Shown here: in pieces, positions 56,659 through 64,000 of the stretch
Layout of the letters: each line of letters starts with the position of its first letter
Numbering within the stretch: the first letter of the stretch is position 1
Notes under the pieces: model-generated
What the model saw: only the letters and a program-made list of their open reading frames with translations
Told to the model about the DNA's origin: nothing
Databases searched by the model: none
Position numbers and translations under genes: made by a program
Virus record (IMG/VR): IMGVR_UViG_3300034104_003795
Span: 186,001 to 250,000 of that record
Length of the DNA: 64,000 nt
Reading direction: 5' to 3' (one strand)

Positions 56659-56659
56659 A

Positions 56660-57343
56660 TTAATCGTTAATAGGTCTTACTAAATCGTAATTTTTATCTT
56701 TTAATTTTTCGTAAGCCTCATTTCTTAATTTTGTAGCCTGTTCAACTTCTTTTTCAAAATTAACAATATCTAAAAGTATTTCTGCTTTGAGTTCATCAAC
56801 ATCTCTTTCCATACTCCAAGTTTCAATCTTTCCATCTTCTTGAATTACTTCGTATGTTTGTTTAGCATCATTATAAGCCTGTTTGAATTGTGCAATCACA
56901 TCGTTACCGTATGCAATCATATTAGAGTATATCTTATAATCTTCATATGCTTCCCACAACCCATCAGTTTTGATTATTCTTTCTTTTTTTGCCAGACAAG
57001 TTATACAATATCCTGTTTTGGATATTAATTTTTTATCAACTCTACCTATTTTGATTGTTTTACAATCTTCAGCTTTACAACTATTTAATTTATCTAAATA
57101 CGCTCTAGTCTCGGCCATAATATCACCTAATTCCGAAACTTCTATTTTACCTGCAGCATGTTGTTCCCAAGATTTACCATTATCATCAGTCCATCTTTCA
57201 CCAACTTTTCTTTTTACTTTCTTCTTATCTGCTCCTGCGAATGAAATCTGTGTTTCCTTTTGATATTCTCCACCCGTTAAAACCATATCTACCAACTTTT
57301 TTCGAGTTGGATGCATGAATTTTTTATTGAATTCTCTTGCCAT
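56660..57343 (-). CDS. Hypothetical protein with a C4 zinc-binding motif and coiled coil; candidate small terminase
   Basis: C-x4-C-x18-C-x2-C (NSCKAEDC...GYCITC); stop codon 1 nt before the terL ATG. Confidence 0.6.
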   Translation of the reverse strand: MAREFNKKFMHPTRKKLVDMVLTGGEYQKETQISFAGADKKKVKRKVGERWTDDNGKSWEQHAAGKIEVSELGDIMAETRAYLDKLNSCKAEDCKTIKIGRVDKKLISKTGYCITCLAKKERIIKTDGLWEAYEDYKIYSNMIAYGNDVIAQFKQAYNDAKQTYEVIQEDGKIETWSMERDVDELKAEILLDIVNFEKEVEQATKLRNEAYEKLKDKNYDLVRPIND

Positions 57344-57366
57344 ATTACTTACAATATATTTGTATA

Positions 57367-57375
57367 TATAAGTAT
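57367..57375 (-). promoter_or_regulatory. Late-motif variant (ATACTTATA on the coding strand)
   Basis: TATAAGTAT on +, inside an 18-mer TTGTATATATAAGTATAT that is also present at 60731-60748. Confidence 0.55.
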
Positions 57376-57394
57376 ATCAAAATTCAAAAAACGA

Positions 57395-60310
57395 TTAAGA
57401 ATCAAAAAATATTCCTAAAATTTGATTTAATGGTGCGAATGCACCTGTTAATTTGTAAGTGTTACCACCATATACGAATACAATACCTTCGTTTGGTACA
57501 ATCTTATCAAATCCACCCAAAGCATTTAAACGTTCTAACTCTAATTTTAATTTTGCAATCTTTTTAGGGTCACCACTTGCTTTTACTTGTTGAATTGTAG
57601 ATTCCAAACGAGCTACCATTTGTCTTTTGGCACTATCAGGATTTGCTGTAAGTACCGAACTCATAAATGATAATACATCTGCACCAACTCCTAAAAATAT
57701 CTCCTCAAATCTCATTAGATTTTGCTTTGATATCTTTTGTTGGTCTTGTTTATCAGTTTGTTCAGCCCAAGCTCTTAATTTAGTATCTTGTATTGTGTTA
57801 ATACGGAAACTCTTGTCACCAAAAGCCCATCTCTTAACCAATCCTATTTTTTCTTGTGTATCTAATTTTTTTGCATTCTTTTCAACAAACTTAGTCCACC
57901 ATGCTTGATGATAATCCGCTACTCCATCCGAATCACTTAATGTAAATTCAGATTGAAGTTTACTAATCATAGAAATATACTTTCCTTGTAATTTAGAAAG
58001 ATGTTCTGATTTAGGTAACTTATTCATTGGTGGGCCTTGAATTGTGTATTTAGATTGTACGTGCGCATTTACTTGCTTAATCATACCGCCTAATATAGTT
58101 GCCGCTTGCTGATTCTCACCTACGATAGTACCATCAATATCGTAATCAAAAGTACCATGAAACACTAATAGCGGTTGATTGTAGGGGATTACATTTACGG
58201 AGGTTGGATATATTACTTCCAAATTCATAAACGAACTACCATCCTTAAATATCTTTTTACGTTGAGGTTCTGATAGAGCTGCAATTGCTTTAGATAAATC
58301 CTGCATAGCGAAATTGTAAGCATCTGTTAATCCACCTCTACCGGCAAATTTAGCAGCCACTTGTCCTATTGTCATAGCACCTTCGCCTTTGTTCTTTAAG
58401 TGTGATTTGTTACGAGCTGCAACTAATCTACCATTTACCCAACTAACTGCTAATGCTTGTCCATCGGTCTTCTCTCTTGCCAATTCTAAATCACCATTCA
58501 ATGCTCTTACCACAATTTGTTTAAGGTCACCAAATGTTAAACCCATCTCAATATCAAATGGATGTGCCATATGTCCATACGCACCACCTTCCAAAATTAA
58601 ACTCTCACTTAAAGATTCTTTTTTAACTTTTTTAAGTTGTGCCATTATTTTATCTAACTCTGCTCTTACTTTTAATTGAGCAGGTGAATTTGGCATCATT
58701 TTAAGTGCTTTAAGAAATAATCTATCTCTTTCTCTTTCTAACTCTTTTACTCCTTCATTGAATGGAATTTCTATTTTAGAAAGTTTACTATAATAATTTG
58801 GGTCTTCGTATAAATGGTCTAATGCAATTTCTTTTGCTATATTAACATCGGTTGTATGTTCTCTTTCAACGGCGTATCCTTTTATGAATTCGTTCTTTAA
58901 AGTTTGTGGACTGATATTATGGTGTTTAGCAATATCTTTTAAGGTCATACCCTTTGCTAATCCACCAGGTATCTGGTCTTCTTTTACCGGTTGATATTCT
59001 TCACTATCATCTTTATTCAATTTAGATTTTAATTTCTTAACATCTTTCGGATTTGGTGCACCATTAATATATCCACCTGGTAAACTTAAACCAATACCAG
59101 CCCCACCACCTAATCCCATTTCATCTAATATTTGAGATTCTATTTCATCCATAATTTCATTTATGTCTTGTTTTGAAATTATTTGAGGTTTTTGGTTTTT
59201 AGGAAGTTCCCAAAATCTTTTAGGTTTTTCCAATGGAGTATCTCTATTGGTTTCTTCCCAATCCTCAACGGTATGTGGGTCATCGGCAGGATTTAATGTA
59301 CTTTGTACTACATTATTAACTTTATAATAAGCCTTTCTAAATTGTGTTTCCGTATCTTTTGATTTACCCTTACCTCTCATAGCATCTGCTTTTGGAGTAT
59401 GCAATTGTATATATCCACCCTGATTAAACCAAGGTTCCGGTTTTGTTACGTTTAATAATCTAATTTTCCCATCAGGAATATATCCAGTATCAGGCTCACC
59501 TGCATCTGCTGCGTATCCGCCCATACCAGTGCTTTCTTTTAGGTTTTCTTTTTTAGGAATTCTAAAAGTTACTGCTTTCTTACCATTGATTGTTGGCATT
59601 CCCCATTCATCCTCACCTATTGATTTAACAACTACTTTTTTATTTTTGAATTTACCCATTAACAAAGTATCACCAACTTTTACGTTTAGTTTAATTTCTT
59701 CGTTAATAGATTCTTTTAATTTTTTTAATTTAAGAGTTATCAGTTTGAATACTTGGTCATCAAACTTTGGATATGCTTTTGTAAAGTTTTTCTTTCTATC
59801 GGCAGCACTACCCGCGCTTAACCAATAACGAACATCAGTTCCGCTAATTGGATTGGGTTGAGCAGGTGCTGCATAAACGTATCCTCTATCTAAATACCCA
59901 GTATCTACTTTACCTTTATATTGTTTAAAGTATTTACCGCTTAAACGAGATGCATCTTTTTCACCTACCACCGTTATAAATCCAGTAGTATCTGAATCAA
60001 ACTTATTAAGTATCTCTTCTGGAGCATAAGGATTTTTAATATTGACTATTTTGTTTGATGGGATACCAAACATTGTTGTCATTATTGCTTTCTTTTCCTT
60101 AAAATTAAATGGAGATTTTTTTGAATCGGTAACATTAGAAGTTCCGATATATACGCTATCTTTACCGAATTTTTTAACCAAATGGTCATAGGTTGCGTAG
60201 TGACCTTTATGAAATGGTTGAAAGCGGCCAGAATAGACAACAACTACTTTGTCCATTCCTGCCGCTTCTCCCAATATTGTTTCTACTAAAAATTTTGCTA
60301 ATCCCTTCAT
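57395..60310 (-). CDS. Multi-domain protein: HxGH nucleotidyltransferase + DUF5661-like module + ATP-dependent ligase-like (KxDG) domain
   Basis: N-terminal YSGRFQPFHKGH; middle IPGGLA...VEREHT...EIALDHLYEDPNYYSKL; C-terminal EKTDG...ARNK...NLEVI...VFHG...EGIVF...YKLTG. Start set at MKGLAK (60310) because the track's start overlaps the promoter motif. Confidence 0.78.
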   Translation of the reverse strand: MKGLAKFLVETILGEAAGMDKVVVVYSGRFQPFHKGHYATYDHLVKKFGKDSVYIGTSNVTDSKKSPFNFKEKKAIMTTMFGIPSNKIVNIKNPYAPEEILNKFDSDTTGFITVVGEKDASRLSGKYFKQYKGKVDTGYLDRGYVYAAPAQPNPISGTDVRYWLSAGSAADRKKNFTKAYPKFDDQVFKLITLKLKKLKESINEEIKLNVKVGDTLLMGKFKNKKVVVKSIGEDEWGMPTINGKKAVTFRIPKKENLKESTGMGGYAADAGEPDTGYIPDGKIRLLNVTKPEPWFNQGGYIQLHTPKADAMRGKGKSKDTETQFRKAYYKVNNVVQSTLNPADDPHTVEDWEETNRDTPLEKPKRFWELPKNQKPQIISKQDINEIMDEIESQILDEMGLGGGAGIGLSLPGGYINGAPNPKDVKKLKSKLNKDDSEEYQPVKEDQIPGGLAKGMTLKDIAKHHNISPQTLKNEFIKGYAVEREHTTDVNIAKEIALDHLYEDPNYYSKLSKIEIPFNEGVKELERERDRLFLKALKMMPNSPAQLKVRAELDKIMAQLKKVKKESLSESLILEGGAYGHMAHPFDIEMGLTFGDLKQIVVRALNGDLELAREKTDGQALAVSWVNGRLVAARNKSHLKNKGEGAMTIGQVAAKFAGRGGLTDAYNFAMQDLSKAIAALSEPQRKKIFKDGSSFMNLEVIYPTSVNVIPYNQPLLVFHGTFDYDIDGTIVGENQQAATILGGMIKQVNAHVQSKYTIQGPPMNKLPKSEHLSKLQGKYISMISKLQSEFTLSDSDGVADYHQAWWTKFVEKNAKKLDTQEKIGLVKRWAFGDKSFRINTIQDTKLRAWAEQTDKQDQQKISKQNLMRFEEIFLGVGADVLSFMSSVLTANPDSAKRQMVARLESTIQQVKASGDPKKIAKLKLELERLNALGGFDKIVPNEGIVFVYGGNTYKLTGAFAPLNQILGIFFDS

Positions 60311-60314
60311 ATCA

Positions 60315-60323
60315 TATAAATAT
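60315..60323 (-). promoter_or_regulatory. Late-promoter-type motif
   Basis: TATAAATAT on +, 4 nt from the proposed ATG. Confidence 0.55.
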
Positions 60324-60348
60324 TGGAGATTATTGTTTTGCAAAATTA

Positions 60349-60711
60349 TTAAGCCAATCCACCTTGTTGTTCAGCTAGTTGCTTTCTAGTTGGTGCACCT
60401 GGTTGATATTGAATAACACCTTCTTTAAGGTTAATTCTCATTTGTGGATATTTTTCATCCAATTCATCAATTGTTTGCTTGATTTCTTCAGTTATTAGTT
60501 GAAACTCAACTTCTGATTTTGCAAGAACTTCATCAAGTTTAACAAGTTCAGCTTGTATTTCTTTTTTTCTAAGATATATTTGACCGAAATCGTTTATAAA
60601 GATATTTTGTTTTTGATTAAGTTGTTCTAACTTTTCTTTAACAGAATCATCTATTTTTACAGATTCAATCTCAATACTTTGTTTTTGTGGAATGTTATCT
60701 AATTCACTCAT
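60349..60711 (-). CDS. Hypothetical coiled-coil protein (120 aa)
   Basis: ORF track; heptad-rich. Confidence 0.72.
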   Translation of the reverse strand: MSELDNIPQKQSIEIESVKIDDSVKEKLEQLNQKQNIFINDFGQIYLRKKEIQAELVKLDEVLAKSEVEFQLITEEIKQTIDELDEKYPQMRINLKEGVIQYQPGAPTRKQLAEQQGGLA

Positions 60712-60737
60712 AAGTTTGTTTTTTATTGTTTTGTATA

Positions 60738-60746
60738 TATAAGTAT
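60738..60746 (-). promoter_or_regulatory. Late-motif variant (ATACTTATA on the coding strand)
   Basis: TATAAGTAT on +. Confidence 0.55.
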
Positions 60747-60754
60747 ATTCTTTT

Positions 60755-61507
60755 TTATTTTTTAAATACCGAAACTCCTTTTTCTTTTACAACTTCTCCG
60801 GCACAATAATTAGCCCAATCAATAGATTCTTCTACATTATTAGAATCCAAATACCTGGATACAAATCCGGCTACAAATGTATCACCCGCTCCACTTACAT
60901 CGGCATTTTGAATTCTTTTAGTTCCAATTATCTTACCTCTATAACTTGCTCCCCTACCGTCCAACGTAATGATACATTTATTATATAACCAATCAGTATC
61001 TCTAATAATAGAATCATTATTTTGAGCTTCAAATCTGTTTATTTTTATAAAGGATGTGTTTTTACACCAATCACCTAAATGCTTTTTGGTATCTACTATC
61101 GTAAATTTGGCCATAGATGATATCTTATCAATATCTTCTTCGGTTAGGAATCCCTTACAATAATCCGATATAACAACCGCATCATATTTTACCAAATCCG
61201 GCAAATCGTAGATATCAATTCTATTTGTAGTATCATTTTCATCAACTCGCAAATATAATTCATTTGTATCTTTGTTTACATATCGTGTTTTAGTAATATT
61301 ACCTTTATCAAAATATGTATCAACATCCAATCCCATAGCTTCTAAATTAGATGCTGTGTTGCCCGCCATTCCTTTACTCCAAACTTTTAATTCATCTATT
61401 GGTAAGAAAACTGGTCCATTTCCTTCTGGAGATTTTCTACTTGTTATGCCATACCAAAAAATATCGGTACAAACCTCTCCAATAACTAAAACTTTATACT
61501 TACGCAT
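60755..61507 (-). CDS. hldA: D-glycero-beta-D-manno-heptose-7-phosphate kinase (HldE/RfaE domain I, PfkB fold)
   Basis: VIGEVCTDIFWYGITSRKSPEG (HldE: [22 protein letters not shown]), VISDYCKGFL, DVSGAGDTFVAG. Confidence 0.85.
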   Translation of the reverse strand: MRKYKVLVIGEVCTDIFWYGITSRKSPEGNGPVFLPIDELKVWSKGMAGNTASNLEAMGLDVDTYFDKGNITKTRYVNKDTNELYLRVDENDTTNRIDIYDLPDLVKYDAVVISDYCKGFLTEEDIDKISSMAKFTIVDTKKHLGDWCKNTSFIKINRFEAQNNDSIIRDTDWLYNKCIITLDGRGASYRGKIIGTKRIQNADVSGAGDTFVAGFVSRYLDSNNVEESIDWANYCAGEVVKEKGVSVFKK

Positions 61508-61889
61508 TATGTATTAAATTTGAAGTACTGAATCCTTCTATTTTTTCAAAGTATTTAATTTCTTTGGCAAATTCTTTACCTATTATTTTTTTATTCTTAT
61601 ACTCATCACCAATTACAAAAAAATCAGGATTGTATCTTTTAATTTGTTCTTCTAATTGTTTATCACTTCCAAATATTACAACTATATCAACACCTTCTAT
61701 TTGCATTAAGTTAAACACTCTTTGACCTTCGGTATGAAAAGGTCTATCAGTTCCTTTTAGTTCTTTTACTCTAATATCAGAATCAATACCAATAACCAAT
61801 TGGTCACCTAATGATTTTGCGTATTCAATTAGTTTAAAATGACCGTAGTGTAAAATATCAAAACAACCGTTAATCCAAACTTTTTTCAT
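61500..61889 (-). CDS. hldC: D-glycero-beta-D-manno-heptose-1-phosphate adenylyltransferase (HldE/RfaE domain II)
   Basis: NGCFDILHYGH...YAKSLGDQLVIGIDSD..VKELKG.DRPF...GFSTSNLI. Confidence 0.85.
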   Translation of the reverse strand: MKKVWINGCFDILHYGHFKLIEYAKSLGDQLVIGIDSDIRVKELKGTDRPFHTEGQRVFNLMQIEGVDIVVIFGSDKQLEEQIKRYNPDFFVIGDEYKNKKIIGKEFAKEIKYFEKIEGFSTSNLIHNA

Positions 61890-63037
61890 TATAAGAATTT
61901 TTCCAACTCTTTTATTACCATTTCAGATGTAATACTTTTAGTACATTCAAATTGTCTTTCAGTATCTTTATGGTCAGGACACCAATTCCAATCACCGGCA
62001 TCCAATTTAACTCTATTAAAACATCCTTCACATTTTCCGTCAGGTGCACCAATTCTAATACAATCTTCCATCTCTGCCCATCTATAAGAGAATCCACTTA
62101 TTAATACCGTTGGTACATCTAATGCCCAACTCAACCAACTCAAACCACTACCAATACCAATAAATGCTTTTGATTTTTTCATTTCATCCATTACTAATTC
62201 AATTGGACCGTTTGGATGATGAATTACTCCTATTGGTAATTTATTTCCCATATAGTTATCACCTTCTTTAGAAAGTAATTTTACTAAATAACCCCTACCA
62301 ATCAACCAATCAACTACTTCTTGCCAACCGGTTGGATTGTTCCAAAATTTAGATTGCGCAGTACCATAAGTTGCAATACAAACCTGTTTAATATCATTAT
62401 CTATTTTTACAGGTCTTTGTTTTACTTTTGGTTTTATTTCTTTAAATTCTAACCCAAGTATATCAGAACACATTTTTTGCATTGTTACTGATTTTGGGTC
62501 TGCTGGATTTTTGAATCCATTTACCGAACCATTTTCATTATAAAATAGTCCAACCGAATACATCGCATATAAATTAGGAACAGGTGTACCAGGTTGTACA
62601 AACTCAATATCAGGATATTCTCCTAAAAACATATCGTTCATAAAGGTAGATACTATTACTTCACATTTATGCTGCTTTTTAAATTCTTGTACATAAGGTA
62701 TCCAGGCTAAACTATCTCCCAATGCTTTTGAATCCATTGCAATATAAACTCTCTTACCTTCGGCGTTAAATACCATACTATACCATTCTACGCCATTTTC
62801 GTAAATAACAATTTTCCATTCAATAAAATACTGAATACTACATCTACACCAACAATTGTTATCTATGCTTGTTGTATAGCAAATTTGACCGGTTTTATTA
62901 TTAATAAAATCAACTTTATAATTTGCCTTCTTTGGTCCTTTAATTTCTACAAAAGGACCATTAATAAAATGTATAAGTACATTGTTATTTATTTCCCTAA
63001 TGCTTTTATTATTTTTTTTAAGATTATCGTAAATCAT
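61889..63037 (-). CDS. tibC: Autotransporter-type protein O-heptosyltransferase (Aah/TibC family)
   Basis: N-terminal beta domain (..QYFIEWKIVIY..), ALGDSLAWIPYVQEFKKQHKC, FIGIGSGLSWLSWA...VLISGFS, and the four-Cys iron-finger CEGCFN...WNWCPDH...QFECTKSI. Start set at the TAATG overlap (63037). Confidence 0.88.
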   Translation of the reverse strand: MIYDNLKKNNKSIREINNNVLIHFINGPFVEIKGPKKANYKVDFINNKTGQICYTTSIDNNCWCRCSIQYFIEWKIVIYENGVEWYSMVFNAEGKRVYIAMDSKALGDSLAWIPYVQEFKKQHKCEVIVSTFMNDMFLGEYPDIEFVQPGTPVPNLYAMYSVGLFYNENGSVNGFKNPADPKSVTMQKMCSDILGLEFKEIKPKVKQRPVKIDNDIKQVCIATYGTAQSKFWNNPTGWQEVVDWLIGRGYLVKLLSKEGDNYMGNKLPIGVIHHPNGPIELVMDEMKKSKAFIGIGSGLSWLSWALDVPTVLISGFSYRWAEMEDCIRIGAPDGKCEGCFNRVKLDAGDWNWCPDHKDTERQFECTKSITSEMVIKELEKFL

Positions 63038-64000
63038 TAACTCCAAGTTTTTACTGTTTGGTCTATAAGAGAATATCCTTCGGATTGTTTACAATATACT
63101 TTATTTGTTGTATATCTAAGCTTTGGTTCTTTGTAAAACACATCAGTAAGCCATAAATCAAATCCTTCCCACGGCGTATCATTGAATCTATCAATCCACC
63201 ATTGTTTAGTTCGATTTGGTATTAAGTATGCATGTGCTAAATCTTGATTTGCTGCAGTTTTACTGAATAGTTCATCAACTTTTTCTTTATTTCTAGAACT
63301 ATTATTTGCCAATCCAACATAGTAAACATCATCTCTTTCCGATATAAAACAAGCCTTATTTACTATATCCACAAATTCTTCTAAACCGGTATAAATAAAT
63401 GCATCTGCTTCAAATATCAAAGTATAATCATATTCATCGCTCATTGTTTCCAAAGCCTTTCTATGAGCAGAAAAACATCCATAATGTCTGCCAGTTAAAG
63501 GTCCTAATCCATTTCCAAAATTACCAGGTTTATCTGATATATGTTCTGGTCTTTTACAATGTTCGGATGGTGGAGTTTGGTCATATGGTTTGTTTACCAT
63601 TGGTAGATAATCAATACCATATTTTGATAATTGTTTTAAAGATGCTCTACTCACTCTTTCTCTAACATCATCTGGTCTAGTTAATAGGTGTCTAACTTGT
63701 ATTTTTGGTTTTCTACGAATAAATGAACGAAATCCTTCTTTAAATTGCCCATAGAAGAATTCATTTGCCGCTTGTGTAACTCCGTGAAATACACCATAAT
63801 CATCACCACTTACAATTCCACCTGGTTTAACTTTATTATACCAAAATTGTAAATCTTCTTTTAATGCATCGTAACTATGACCAGCATCTAACATTATATA
63901 ATCTATACTTCCATTTGCAAACTGATTAGATGCATTTTTAGAAGTATCTTTAATCATATTGATATTATCATAGTTATCTGATAATATTGTGTTATCAATA
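63037..64000 (-). CDS. SAM-dependent methyltransferase (Methyltransf_24-like) fused to a GT25-like glycosyltransferase; 5'-partial
   Basis: IDYIMLDAGHSYD...FWYNKVKPGGIVSGDDY, then HYGCFSAH...YTLIFEADA. The frame stays open upstream of 63957 to the window end (IDNTILSDNYDNIN). Confidence 0.75.
   Translation of the reverse strand, partial: IDNTILSDNYDNINMIKDTSKNASNQFANGSIDYIMLDAGHSYDALKEDLQFWYNKVKPGGIVSGDDYGVFHGVTQAANEFFYGQFKEGFRSFIRRKPKIQVRHLLTRPDDVRERVSRASLKQLSKYGIDYLPMVNKPYDQTPPSEHCKRPEHISDKPGNFGNGLGPLTGRHYGCFSAHRKALETMSDEYDYTLIFEADAFIYTGLEEFVDIVNKACFISERDDVYYVGLANNSSRNKEKVDELFSKTAANQDLAHAYLIPNRTKQWWIDRFNDTPWEGFDLWLTDVFYKEPKLRYTTNKVYCKQSEGYSLIDQTVKTWS

Noticed and set aside
52721-57362. Plus-strand TATATTTG boxes at 52721 and 57355 as antisense host promoters
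   Set aside because: Neither has a TTTG -33 element at 19-21 nt, and the octamer is expected by chance in AT-rich DNA.
48477-63046. Track start codons at 48491, 60343 and 63046
   Set aside because: The extensions overlap promoter motifs or ignore a TAATG coupling; the downstream ATGs at 48476, 60310 and 63037 are preferred.
1-64000. Stop-codon reassignment as in some large phages
   Set aside because: Conserved genes are full length in the standard code, and TAG (43657) and TGA (36582) end genes at tight junctions with the next ATG.
1-64000. tRNA, rRNA, integrase or transposase genes
   Set aside because: None recognisable; intergenic gaps are short and explained by promoter or terminator motifs.

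Overview
A 64-kb segment of a large AT-rich T4-like (myovirus-type) phage. It contains no host chromosomal genes, and every credible gene is on the minus strand. Reading in transcription order (right to left): (i) a translationally coupled glycosylation operon with a methyltransferase/GT25-like fusion (5'-truncated), an Aah/TibC-family protein O-heptosyltransferase, and the split HldE halves (adenylyltransferase and kinase) for ADP-heptose synthesis; (ii) a packaging/head module with a 972-aa HxGH + ligase-like nucleotidyltransferase fusion, terminase large subunit, portal, several internal head proteins, prohead protease, an inserted DNA methyltransferase with its own Bacteroidota-type promoter, scaffold and gp23-like major capsid protein; (iii) neck and tail-completion genes (gp13/gp14/gp15-like); (iv) giant Ser/Gly-rich virion appendage proteins of 1386, 4184, 3729 and more than 3015 aa. 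The last of these (1..9045) is missing from the supplied ORF track because it runs off the window. Top candidates for undescribed biology: (1) a phage-encoded system for heptosylating its own virion, whose probable substrates are Gly-X-Y Ser/Thr tracts and S-[GA]-S motifs across the surface proteins; (2) 22 tandem phycobiliprotein-like globin repeats, each with an invariant C-x-R-D, in the 4184-aa protein; (3) amicyanin-type copper-ligand motifs in the 3729-aa protein. All family assignments come from motif recognition by eye; no database search was run.
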